A stretch of DNA of 37,026 bases from a virus (taxonomy: Duplodnaviria > Caudoviricetes). Location of the stretch: positions 1 to 37,026 of the IMG/VR virus record IMGVR_UViG_3300028393_000172; one strand, written 5' to 3'. The position numbers were made by a program, and so were the translations under genes. Shown here piece by piece: positions 25,202 to 34,139 of this stretch (within the stretch, counting starts at the first letter, position 1; each line of letters begins with the position of its first letter). The notes beneath the pieces were generated by a model. The model saw only the letters and a list, made by a program, of their open reading frames with translations. It had not been told where the DNA came from and ran no database searches.

Positions 25202-28150
25202 ATGCCATCAGAAGAATTCCAAATATTAAAACAACGATCTTTATATTCTCGTTTAAAGAGATTGTTCTCTACCGATGTAATCGTTCGTAATGTCGGCGGA
25301 AAGAAATTAAAAGTAGTAGATACGGATCAAGTCATGTATGCGACAGATCGTAATACATTACGTGACAGATTTAATCGTATTCGTACCAGTTCATTTAATC
25401 AATATAGTAGGGACTTTACATTAAGTTATCAAGCCGCTCGTATTGAATTATTTCGTGACTATGATTGCGTCGGACCCGATACAATCATTCCTCTTCCAGA
25501 TGGATCACGTCCTACCATATCAGAATTAACCGAAAAATATAAAGATAAACCAAAAGAACGTTTTTATGTATATTCATATGATCATGAAACCAATAGTATC
25601 AAATTAGGAAAAGCGTATCATCCAAGAAAAAAAGCTGGTGGTCCAAGAGATTGTTGGAAAATTATTTTAGATAATGATCAATATGTAATTGGCAGTGCTG
25701 GTCATCCATTTTTAATGCGAAATGGTGATTATAAAACTATAGAAGAATTAAAGGTCGGTGATTCTTTAATGCCGTTCTATCAAATGGATTTTTATGGTAG
25801 AGGATATAGACATATTTTCAATTTTAGTAAAAAATGGCAAACAGAACATAGAATTGTAACAGAACAATTTTATAGATGTCCAAACAAAGATGAGGTTATT
25901 CATCATAAGAATTTTAATGCTGGTGATAATTCGCCAGAAAATTTACAAATAATGAATGCAATTGAACATAAAAAGTTTCATTCCGATTACAGTAAAAATG
26001 TTATATGGGGTGAGTCAAATTATGAAAATCAATTGAATAAATTGAAATCTTCCGAAGGATATAAAAATAGAAAATTTCATCATTGGAACGGAGAACGTAT
26101 TGGAGAAAATAATCCTTTTTTTGGAAAAACTCATTCAGAAGAATCAAATAAACAAAGATCCTCTACTTTAAAGGAAGTTTTTGAAAATAGAGATCAGAGT
26201 GGGGATAAGAATCCAAAATATCGTGATGATTTAACTATAGAAACATTAACTGATAAAGCATTTGAATATTATAAAGAACATGGAAAGTTAACATCGTGGG
26301 GTTTTGTTAAAAAGTTAAAATGTGATTATTCTGTGCTGCAAAACAGATTGAAAAATAATAATGTTACTTGGAAATCTTTCAAAAATGATATAGAAAATAA
26401 ACTAAATCATAAAATTAAAAAAATTGAGTTTGTAGGTCAGTTGGAAGTATATGATGTAACTGTAGAAGAATATCAAAATTTTGCAATCGGTGCTGGAATA
26501 TTTTGTCATAACACAATGGACATGGATCCAATCCTAGCATCTGCGCTTGACATTTATGCAGATGAATGTGTTACAAAGAATGAATTGGGCAAGATTTTAA
26601 CAGTAACTACAGATGACAATAATATCAAACAAATCTTAGAAAATTTGTTCTATGATATTTTGAACATTGAATTCTTTTTGTGGAGTTGGACTCGTAATTT
26701 GGTTAAATATGGTGATTTTTATCTAAAATTATATATTAGTCCAGAATATGGTGTTTATCTAGCAGAACCAATTAGTGCGTATAATGTTACCCGTGTAGAA
26801 AACAGTGACATCAACAATAAGAATTATACTAAGTTCCAAATCAATTTGCCAGAGGGTGGAAAAATTGAAGATGTTGAAAACTATCAGATGGCACATTTCC
26901 GACTATTGAGTGATAGCAATTTCCTTCCGTATGGCAAATCGATGGTTGAAGGTGCTCGTCGTGTATGGAAGCAATTGAGTTTGATGGAAGATGCGATGTT
27001 AATTCATCGTGTTATTCGTGCACCCGAAAAACGAATTTTTAAGATTGACGTTGGAAATATTCCGCCACAAGAAGTTGATCAGTATATTGAAAAAATCATC
27101 AATAAAACCAAGAAAATTCCATACATTGATCCAAATACTGGTGATTATAATTTACGTTATAACATTCAAAATTTATTGGAAGATTTCTACTTGCCTGTCC
27201 GTGGAAGTGATAGTGGAACTAGCATTGAACCGTTGAGTGGAATGGAATTTACAGGTATTGATGACATTGAATATCTAAGAAATAAGATGTTAGCAGCATT
27301 AAAGATACCGAAGGCATTTTTGGGATACGAAGAAGATTTGAGTGGAAAAGCTACGCTTGCAAGTGAAGATGTTCGCTTTGCAAAAACCGTCAATCGCATT
27401 CAAAAGATTCTCGTAAGTGAACTCAAGAAGATTGCAATTGTACATTTATATGCACAGGGATATACAGATGAATCATTGGTGAATTTTGATTTGGAATTAA
27501 CAAATCCCTCTGTAATTCTTGAAACGGAAAAGGTAAAGATTTGGTCTGACAAGGTAAATTTGGCAAAAGATATGGTTGAAAATAAATTATTCAGCCGTAA
27601 GTGGATCTATAATAACGTATTTAAGTTGGCCAACGAAGATGTTGATGACCAGAAGAATGACATCGTTGAAGATGCAAAAGATAATTATAGATTCAAACAA
27701 ATTGAGGAAGATGGCATAGATCCTGCAAAGCCGTTCAATAAAATTAAATCGGATGTAGAATCCATGGAACCTTCGTCTGGCGAAGTCGGTGGACCTCCAG
27801 AAGCTGGAATTACTGGTGGAGAAGCTCCACCGGAAGAATCGCCAAAAGAAACACCGTCTCCAACTGAACCACCGTTGTCTGAGAAGTCTAAGAGACCATC
27901 TCAAGCCGGCGAACACAAGTATAGAAAAGATACTCGTTTTGGGTATGATCCATTGGGAAATAGAGAAAATACGAAAATTTCAAAAACCGATCCATTGAGA
28001 TCTGCTTCAAAATCAAAGTCGCCATTAAGTTTAGAAAATCTAACAGGTCTTCGTGATTATTTACACTCTCACAAAGACGCAAAGAAAGATTTGTTGAAAG
28101 AATCACCGTCTAAATCATTGTTGGATGAGTCTAACATAATAGACGAATAA
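25202..28150 (+). CDS. Portal protein (gp20-like) containing an intein; 633 aa after splicing
   Basis: ASALDIYADE, LVKYGDF, LMEDAMLIHRVIRAPEKRIFKIDVGN, EDFYLPVRG and ALKIPKAFL portal motifs. Confidence 0.93.
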   Translation: MPSEEFQILKQRSLYSRLKRLFSTDVIVRNVGGKKLKVVDTDQVMYATDRNTLRDRFNRIRTSSFNQYSRDFTLSYQAARIELFRDYDCVGPDTIIPLPDGSRPTISELTEKYKDKPKERFYVYSYDHETNSIKLGKAYHPRKKAGGPRDCWKIILDNDQYVIGSAGHPFLMRNGDYKTIEELKVGDSLMPFYQMDFYGRGYRHIFNFSKKWQTEHRIVTEQFYRCPNKDEVIHHKNFNAGDNSPENLQIMNAIEHKKFHSDYSKNVIWGESNYENQLNKLKSSEGYKNRKFHHWNGERIGENNPFFGKTHSEESNKQRSSTLKEVFENRDQSGDKNPKYRDDLTIETLTDKAFEYYKEHGKLTSWGFVKKLKCDYSVLQNRLKNNNVTWKSFKNDIENKLNHKIKKIEFVGQLEVYDVTVEEYQNFAIGAGIFCHNTMDMDPILASALDIYADECVTKNELGKILTVTTDDNNIKQILENLFYDILNIEFFLWSWTRNLVKYGDFYLKLYISPEYGVYLAEPISAYNVTRVENSDINNKNYTKFQINLPEGGKIEDVENYQMAHFRLLSDSNFLPYGKSMVEGARRVWKQLSLMEDAMLIHRVIRAPEKRIFKIDVGNIPPQEVDQYIEKIINKTKKIPYIDPNTGDYNLRYNIQNLLEDFYLPVRGSDSGTSIEPLSGMEFTGIDDIEYLRNKMLAALKIPKAFLGYEEDLSGKATLASEDVRFAKTVNRIQKILVSELKKIAIVHLYAQGYTDESLVNFDLELTNPSVILETEKVKIWSDKVNLAKDMVENKLFSRKWIYNNVFKLANEDVDDQKNDIVEDAKDNYRFKQIEEDGIDPAKPFNKIKSDVESMEPSSGEVGGPPEAGITGGEAPPEESPKETPSPTEPPLSEKSKRPSQAGEHKYRKDTRFGYDPLGNRENTKISKTDPLRSASKSKSPLSLENLTGLRDYLHSHKDAKKDLLKESPSKSLLDESNIIDE
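25466..26512 (+). mobile_element. Intein (349 aa) with HNH endonuclease and NUMOD3-like motifs
   Basis: Block A CVGPDTII; block B GSAGHPFL; block F VYDVTV..YQNF; block G FCHN followed by Thr; HNH core EHR...VIHHKNFNAGDNSPENL...EH; GENNPFFGKTHSEES. Confidence 0.92.
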
Positions 28151-28187
28151 ATATTACAATTAAATGAATTTTATCTAGAGTTTATTA

Positions 28188-28195
28188 TATTTATA
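28188..28195 (+). promoter_or_regulatory. Putative late promoter TATTTATA
   Basis: Exact motif upstream of the 28219 ORF. Confidence 0.55.
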
Positions 28196-28218
28196 AACTA
28201 GGACAATAATATTATTAT

Positions 28219-29085
28219 ATGCAAAAAGCGAAACATTCCAAGTTTAAAAACACGGGAATATTATTTGAATTACTTACCCGTCAAGTAACGGCTGACATTT
28301 TGTCGGGAAAAGATGAATCAGTAGCAAAGAACTTAGTGTTCAAATACTTCACCGAGAACAAAGAATTGGGTAAAGAATGGCAACTGTATAATTTTCTTTT
28401 GAATGAAAAAACAAAAGATGATTTTCAAGCAGAAAAGTATGTTAATGTCATTCTAAAACAAAGAGAAAAATTAGATTGTAAAAAACTCACCGAACAAAAA
28501 TACAATCTAATTAAAGAAATCAAAGACAGTTACCCAATTGAAGATTTATTAAAATCCAGCATTAAAAATTATAGAATACACGCATCTATTTATAAGCTTT
28601 TTGAGAACCATGTCAATAATTCTTTAAAATTTGATGTAAAAGAACTTATTCAATCTCGCAATACGTTAACCGAAAATCTATGTGGAAAGAAAGTTTCATT
28701 TAAGGAAACCGAAGATGAAATGATTAATTTTTACAAACAACAAAATGAAGATATTAGATTATTGAGTTATAAATTATTGGTTGATTCATTAAATGAAAAA
28801 TATAAAGATTTGGATTCAAATCAAAAGCGTTTGTTGAAAGAATACATCAACAACATCAGCAATACAAATTCTCTAAACAAATTTATTGAAGAGGAAATTG
28901 TTAACATCAAAAAGACTATTAGTGAATTGGTGCCAAAAATTTCAAATGAAGTTGTTAAAATTAAGATAAATGAAGTTACAAAACAATTGGATGGTATAAA
29001 TTGTAAGAAATCAGTTAAGGACAATCAAATTACCGTATTGTTGCTTTCATACGAACTCATAAAAGAAATCAAGAATCAACTTTAA
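28219..29085 (+). CDS. Hypothetical helical protein in the head-assembly cluster
   Basis: 288 aa, starts KHSKFKNTGILFELLTRQ; lies directly after the portal gene. Confidence 0.75.
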   Translation: MQKAKHSKFKNTGILFELLTRQVTADILSGKDESVAKNLVFKYFTENKELGKEWQLYNFLLNEKTKDDFQAEKYVNVILKQREKLDCKKLTEQKYNLIKEIKDSYPIEDLLKSSIKNYRIHASIYKLFENHVNNSLKFDVKELIQSRNTLTENLCGKKVSFKETEDEMINFYKQQNEDIRLLSYKLLVDSLNEKYKDLDSNQKRLLKEYINNISNTNSLNKFIEEEIVNIKKTISELVPKISNEVVKIKINEVTKQLDGINCKKSVKDNQITVLLLSYELIKEIKNQL

Positions 29086-29104
29086 TACTATTTAAATAAA
29101 ATAT

Positions 29105-29587
29105 ATGAAAATCAAAAAGGCTAACGATAAAAAATTGATTATCAGTGCATTAAAAGAACTTATCAAGAAGATGATTCACACAGAAATGGACGAAGCTTCT
29201 GGCACGGGTGCGGTTGCTGGTTTTCAAACACCATATGCATTTTCTGGTAAACAGTCCGGAGATACCCATAAAGACATGGGAAATATTAAAGCTGCCACTG
29301 CTTCTACTGGGTATACCAAAGTAGATGAAACGAATGAAAAGAAGGAAAAGGTTGTTGCTCCAAAAATATCTCCATCACCTGTTAAGAAAGTAGTTCCCGT
29401 TGGAAAAGAAACCACTCCGGATGTGGTAAAAGACAAAAAACATCGTGGAGTAAACAAAGATGATTTATATATTTTAACTAGGAGACATGCTATTGCAGTT
29501 TCTCAAGGTGATGAAAAATTATCAGACCATTACCAAGTACTTATAAATTTGGCCAAGGAAAAGTTAAAGAAATCAATCAACAAGTAA
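29105..29587 (+). CDS. Hypothetical protein, possible internal head protein
   Basis: 160 aa; basic helical leader, then EMDE|ASGTGAVAGFQTPYAF; preceded by TATTTAAA at 29089. Confidence 0.65.
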   Translation: MKIKKANDKKLIISALKELIKKMIHTEMDEASGTGAVAGFQTPYAFSGKQSGDTHKDMGNIKAATASTGYTKVDETNEKKEKVVAPKISPSPVKKVVPVGKETTPDVVKDKKHRGVNKDDLYILTRRHAIAVSQGDEKLSDHYQVLINLAKEKLKKSINK

Positions 29588-29588
29588 T

Positions 29589-30131
29589 ATGTCTATCAGT
29601 TTAAAACGATTATTGGAGGCAGAAACCGTGCCATCACCGAAGTCTCAAGATGGAAAATTGCCTACACCTTTACCTGCTACTGCACCATCGGCTCCATCCG
29701 AACCGGTTGAAAAGTCACCACAATCAGACGCATCATCTGATACTTACAATTTGAAATTTGATATTGATGATTTTGAAAGTAAAATGTCTCAATCGTCTGA
29801 AAAACTTAAGAATGACTTTAAGGATAAAATCTTGATCAAGATTGGAAACAAAAAAATTCAAATTCGGGCATCAAAGGGGTATGGTCAACCCGAGAAAGAT
29901 TTTATTGTAAACGTTGATACAGTAAGTATTGATTTTTACTATGAAAAATATGTTGTTGTAATCAAAGGAAGAGAACCTAACAAACAAAAAGAAGGAGAGT
30001 ATTTTATTAAACCTCCTTATGTCATAAAGTTATTGGGATCAGCGTCTATTCAAAAGAACAAAACACCATCTACAAAACCTTCACTGGTAGTTCCTGATGT
30101 GACTAAAAATGTTGCAACGAAAGGAATTTAA
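29589..30131 (+). CDS. Hypothetical protein, possible internal head protein
   Basis: 180 aa; starts MSISLKRLLE|A, then a Pro-rich linker. Confidence 0.7.
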   Translation: MSISLKRLLEAETVPSPKSQDGKLPTPLPATAPSAPSEPVEKSPQSDASSDTYNLKFDIDDFESKMSQSSEKLKNDFKDKILIKIGNKKIQIRASKGYGQPEKDFIVNVDTVSIDFYYEKYVVVIKGREPNKQKEGEYFIKPPYVIKLLGSASIQKNKTPSTKPSLVVPDVTKNVATKGI

Positions 30132-30136
30132 TTATT

Positions 30137-30760
30137 ATGATCAATAAAAAATTATTAATGGATTGCATGTCGTTTGAAATAAGCCGAGATGTAATCAACG
30201 AAGCAATGAAGAAAAACGGTCCTTTTTTAGTGAGAGGAACTCTTCAACGAGCCGACGCAAAAAACCAAAATGGTCGTATTTATCCAAAACGAATTCTCGA
30301 AAGAGAAGCTCAAAATTACGAACAACATTTCATCAGAGAACGTAGGGCTCTCGGTGAATTGGACCATCCAGAAAGTTCTATTGTCAATTTAAAGAATGTA
30401 AGTCACAATGTAACCAGAATGTTTTGGGAAGGTGATGATTTGATAGGGGAAGTTGAGGTATTACCGACTCCAAGTGGAAACATTCTCAAAGAACTATTTG
30501 CATCTGGCATTCGTTTGGGTATAAGTTCCCGCGGTATGGGAAGCGTTCGCAAAAATGTACATGAATCCGCAGATGAAGTCCAAGATGACTTTGAACTAAT
30601 TGCATTTGACTTCGTATCAAATCCTAGCACTAAGGGTGCATTTTTGTCGCCTGAACCCGATTCTTCTTTGAATGAAGGAGTGGCAGTAAAAAATCCAGAA
30701 ACAAACAAGTGGGAAAATGTTGAAAATATTATTCGTGATATTTTGGGGGAAATAAAATAA
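30137..30760 (+). CDS. Prohead core protease (T4 gp21-like)
   Basis: NQNGRIYP, GELDHP, NVSH, GISSRGMGS and FDFVSNPS motifs. Confidence 0.95.
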   Translation: MINKKLLMDCMSFEISRDVINEAMKKNGPFLVRGTLQRADAKNQNGRIYPKRILEREAQNYEQHFIRERRALGELDHPESSIVNLKNVSHNVTRMFWEGDDLIGEVEVLPTPSGNILKELFASGIRLGISSRGMGSVRKNVHESADEVQDDFELIAFDFVSNPSTKGAFLSPEPDSSLNEGVAVKNPETNKWENVENIIRDILGEIK

Positions 30761-30805
30761 TAATTAGTTTGACTATATAGCATATGACTTGATACCATAT
30801 GTTAT

Positions 30806-32497
30806 ATGGATGCAATAATAAATTGGATTAAACAACATATAGTATATGGTCGGGGATTGATTTCAAAGAAATGTAAAAAAGAATGGTTTGATAAGTATAA
30901 TTTTTCAAATCAATATCAAGAAATATTAAATCTTACAAATTTTTTGGATGAAATCAATCCGTCATTGCCACAAAGAATTTGGCATTTGTTAAATGCCAAG
31001 TTAGAAAAAAATAAATGTAAAAATCAAGGATGTAGTAATACTACATCTTTTTTTTCTTTTAATAGAGGGTATTTAGATAACTGTGGACATAAATGTGCAC
31101 AAAAAAATACTAATACTTCAGATAAAATAAAATCCACAAATTTAAAAAAATATGGAGTTGAATACGGATTGAGTAATAAAGATGTTATAAATAAAAAAAA
31201 TCAAACCGTTAGAAATAAATACGGGGTGGATAATATATCACAATTAAAAGAAACTTCAGAAAAGAAAAAACAAACGTGTTTAAATAATTATGGGGTTGAA
31301 TGGATATTGATGGATTCCGTTATAAGAAGAAACGGAATGATTGAAAAATATGGAGTGGACAATAATACCAAAAGAAAAGAAATAAGAGAAAAATATTCTA
31401 AAGAAAGGCGAGATGGTTTTTATGATTCATTATTTTCAACCAATAGATTAAATGGAAAAATAGTCCCATTATTCACCAAGGAAGAATATAAAGGATCAAC
31501 ATATGAACATATATTTAAGTGTATAAAATGTTCAAATGAATTTGTTGACAAACTTGAAGATGGAGACATTCCTCGTTGTAAAATTTGTTATCCAGTAATC
31601 GGATCCTCTCTTTTTGAAAAGGAAATAACCGAATATATTAAAACACTGATTCCCAATGATATTGTTTTGGAGAATGATAAAAAAGTATTGAGTGGATTAG
31701 AATTAGACATCTATATCCCCTCAAAAAATGTAGCAATAGAGTGTAATGGAGTATATTGGCACAGTGAAAATAGTGGCAATAAAAATAGACGATATCATAT
31801 TAACAAAACAAACGAATGTGAAAAACAAAATATTCATCTGATTCATATTTTTGATGACGAGTGGATAGATAAAGAAGGTATCATAAAATCAAAATTATGT
31901 CATATATTAAATTCAAATGACGTGGACAAAAAAGTTTATGCTAGAAACTGTGTAATAAAAGAGACAACTATATCAGAAAAGAATAACTTCTTACAAAAAT
32001 ATCATATTCAGGGAGAAGATTATAGTCAAATTAAATTGGGCGCATTTTATGAAAATGAATTGGTTGCTGTGATGACGTTTGGAAAACCCCGTGTGGCTAT
32101 GGGTCATAAAAATATAAACAAAGACGAATATGAATTGATACGTTTTGCTACATCTAGAAATGTGGTGGGTATAGCCAGCAAACTGTTATCACATTTTACA
32201 AAATTATATACTCCACAAAAAATTATAAGTTATGCAGACAGACGTTGGACATATATGAATAAAAATGTATATGAAAAAATAGGATTTATTAAAATATCAA
32301 ACGGAACTCCAAATTATTGGTATATTCCACCGAAATCAAATAAACGAGTATATAGATACAATTTCAGAAAACAAACTCTAGAAAAAACGCTACAAATATT
32401 TGATCCAAATCTTACCGAGTGGCAAAATATGCAATTAAATGATTATGATAGAATTTGGGACTGTGGGTCAATAAAATATGAATTAATTTGCAAATAA
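30806..32497 (+). CDS. Second Hef-like putative homing endonuclease: 4 KYG repeats, Vsr-like nuclease and GNAT/Mom-like domain
   Basis: ELDIYIPSKNVAIECNGVYWHS, YELIRFA, ISYADRRW and LTEWQNMQLNDYDRIWDCG; clear paralog of 21043-22860. Confidence 0.75.
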   Translation: MDAIINWIKQHIVYGRGLISKKCKKEWFDKYNFSNQYQEILNLTNFLDEINPSLPQRIWHLLNAKLEKNKCKNQGCSNTTSFFSFNRGYLDNCGHKCAQKNTNTSDKIKSTNLKKYGVEYGLSNKDVINKKNQTVRNKYGVDNISQLKETSEKKKQTCLNNYGVEWILMDSVIRRNGMIEKYGVDNNTKRKEIREKYSKERRDGFYDSLFSTNRLNGKIVPLFTKEEYKGSTYEHIFKCIKCSNEFVDKLEDGDIPRCKICYPVIGSSLFEKEITEYIKTLIPNDIVLENDKKVLSGLELDIYIPSKNVAIECNGVYWHSENSGNKNRRYHINKTNECEKQNIHLIHIFDDEWIDKEGIIKSKLCHILNSNDVDKKVYARNCVIKETTISEKNNFLQKYHIQGEDYSQIKLGAFYENELVAVMTFGKPRVAMGHKNINKDEYELIRFATSRNVVGIASKLLSHFTKLYTPQKIISYADRRWTYMNKNVYEKIGFIKISNGTPNYWYIPPKSNKRVYRYNFRKQTLEKTLQIFDPNLTEWQNMQLNDYDRIWDCGSIKYELICK

Positions 32498-32511
32498 CAA
32501 TTTTTTCTTTA

Positions 32512-32519
32512 TATTTATA
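32512..32519 (+). promoter_or_regulatory. Putative late promoter TATTTATA
   Basis: Exact motif upstream of the 32531 ORF. Confidence 0.55.
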
Positions 32520-32530
32520 ACTATAATCAT

Positions 32531-32935
32531 ATGATAAAATTAAAACCAATTGTAGAAGATGTGAGTGCTAAACCAATGGTTTCGTTGGAAGAACCACTAC
32601 GTAAATTGACAAAAGAAGAAAAGAAATCTTTACATGATTTAGTCGGTGAATATAACAAATACGGAAAAGTATTACGTCAATATGAAGAAATTGCAAGCGT
32701 AGCGGAAACACTCAAGAAAATCGCAGAGTATGCCGAGGTTTATGCCGTTAATGAATGTAGCGATTGGATGCAGGTAGGTGTAGCAAAACGTCATTTTGCT
32801 GAAATCAAGAAACACGCTGAGGGGTTCAAAAAACTTGCAAAAGATGTACATGAGAAAAATGCTCATATGGTTGCTCTTTATGAAGATATGGGATCAATTT
32901 TACAACGTTACTTCACCATTGTATCGGATGAATAA
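32531..32935 (+). CDS. Hypothetical helical protein, possible head protein
   Basis: 134 aa; starts MIKLKPIVE|D. Confidence 0.75.
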   Translation: MIKLKPIVEDVSAKPMVSLEEPLRKLTKEEKKSLHDLVGEYNKYGKVLRQYEEIASVAETLKKIAEYAEVYAVNECSDWMQVGVAKRHFAEIKKHAEGFKKLAKDVHEKNAHMVALYEDMGSILQRYFTIVSDE

Positions 32936-32961
32936 ATTAAATAAGATTTAATCGTCACAAT

Positions 32962-33000
32962 AAAAAACCCTCTATTCTAAAAATAGAGGGTTTTTGTTTT
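32962..33000. terminator. Bidirectional rho-independent terminator
   Basis: AAAAACCCTCTATT/AATAGAGGGTTTTT stem with A- and T-tracts on both sides, between convergent genes. Confidence 0.88.
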
Positions 33001-33011
33001 ATAAGATATAC

Positions 33012-33335
33012 TTAAACTTCCACGGCACCATATTTGTCAATGTGATTTATCATATCAATGAAAGTTCGGAACACATGCTTTCTATCATTCACAACTAACC
33101 AATATCCTCGTTTATCTTTATATGCGGTGATTTTTAGTGGAGTTAAATGAACATCTTGATGTTTGTCTTTAACGTGATTATATTGTAATCTGGTTTCTCC
33201 TTCTGGGATAAATCCCATTCCAAATAACCAATCCAATTCTTTCCAATCCCATCCATTGGGATTGTCAATATCATCTATTTTATATTCTGACGAAGATGTG
33301 TCTTCTTTTGAAATTAATGATCTTAAGTGTGTCAT
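33012..33335 (-). CDS. Hypothetical protein
   Basis: 107 aa; ATGA overlap with the upstream minus-strand gene; ends at the terminator. Confidence 0.7.
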   Translation of the reverse strand: MTHLRSLISKEDTSSSEYKIDDIDNPNGWDWKELDWLFGMGFIPEGETRLQYNHVKDKHQDVHLTPLKITAYKDKRGYWLVVNDRKHVFRTFIDMINHIDKYGAVEV

Positions 33336-33985
33336 AGATTTGTATTCATTGATTTTTTGATAAAATTATACAACAAACCAGAGGCGTCTGCTTTTTTCGT
33401 TGGATCCAATGTATAATTCCCGTTTTTATCTTTAATCAAATCGTCAATTGGATCGGATAGTCTATAATAAACGGTAGTCGGTTTGATCGGATCTTTTAAA
33501 TAATCATCTTCATTTTGATATTCTATATACCAAATTCCATACTTCATAGAAGTGGAACTGTTATCTGCTTTGTTTATTAATTTTTTGATTATAAAGTAAA
33601 AATTATTTTCATTTACTTCTTTTGAGAAACTCAATTCGTATCCACGATCCGGCGTCGGATTTTCTAAATTCGGACTAATAGGACTTATAATTTCTTTAAT
33701 TTTATCAATTTCAAACTGTTCAAATTTTAGTCCGAAATTGTTAGATACCTCTTTTCTAATATCAGCATTATCCTTTTTCATGTCAACATCTTCATTAAGA
33801 GACGAATGGGATATTATTGCTTTTTTAAGAACTTCCTTCAATTTTGTTCGGATTTCGTTCTTTTTTGCATCAGTAACATTGGCGTGTAATGCGGCAAGAT
33901 ATCGTTTTACACTACCTTTTGTACATCCAACTTTTTCATCGGTGTCTTTTTTGTAGATACATTTACCTCGTATTGAATATGGCAT
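33332..33985 (-). CDS. Hypothetical protein (start revised to MPYSIRGK, 217 aa)
   Basis: The ATG at 33985 lies 5 nt after a minus-strand TATTTATA (33998-33991). The longer start at 34021 would run through that promoter. Confidence 0.7.
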   Translation of the reverse strand: MPYSIRGKCIYKKDTDEKVGCTKGSVKRYLAALHANVTDAKKNEIRTKLKEVLKKAIISHSSLNEDVDMKKDNADIRKEVSNNFGLKFEQFEIDKIKEIISPISPNLENPTPDRGYELSFSKEVNENNFYFIIKKLINKADNSSTSMKYGIWYIEYQNEDDYLKDPIKPTTVYYRLSDPIDDLIKDKNGNYTLDPTKKADASGLLYNFIKKSMNTNL

Positions 33986-33990
33986 AATAG

Positions 33991-33998
33991 TATAAATA
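33991..33998 (-). promoter_or_regulatory. Putative late promoter TATTTATA (minus strand)
   Basis: The reverse complement reads gaTATTTATActattATG. Confidence 0.6.
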
Positions 33999-34026
33999 TC
34001 AAAAATTTTATTCATTTTCAATTTTT

Positions 34027-34040
34027 TATTTATATTTATA
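34027..34040 (+). promoter_or_regulatory. Two overlapping TATTTATA motifs for the scaffold-capsid operon
   Basis: TATTTATA at 34027-34034 and at 34033-34040. Confidence 0.55.
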
Positions 34041-34139
34041 TTTTAGTATTACGGCTTTTCTTTGTCGCTTCGTTTAATTATAAATCCTTATTGAAGTTCA
34101 TTTATCAATAACTTCAGAACAATATAATACTAAATCAAT

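Noticed and set aside
33991-33998. Plus-strand T4 consensus late promoter TATAAATA
   Set aside because: Elsewhere the motif is oriented as TATTTATA relative to genes, and here it fits the minus-strand gene with the same 5-nt spacing.
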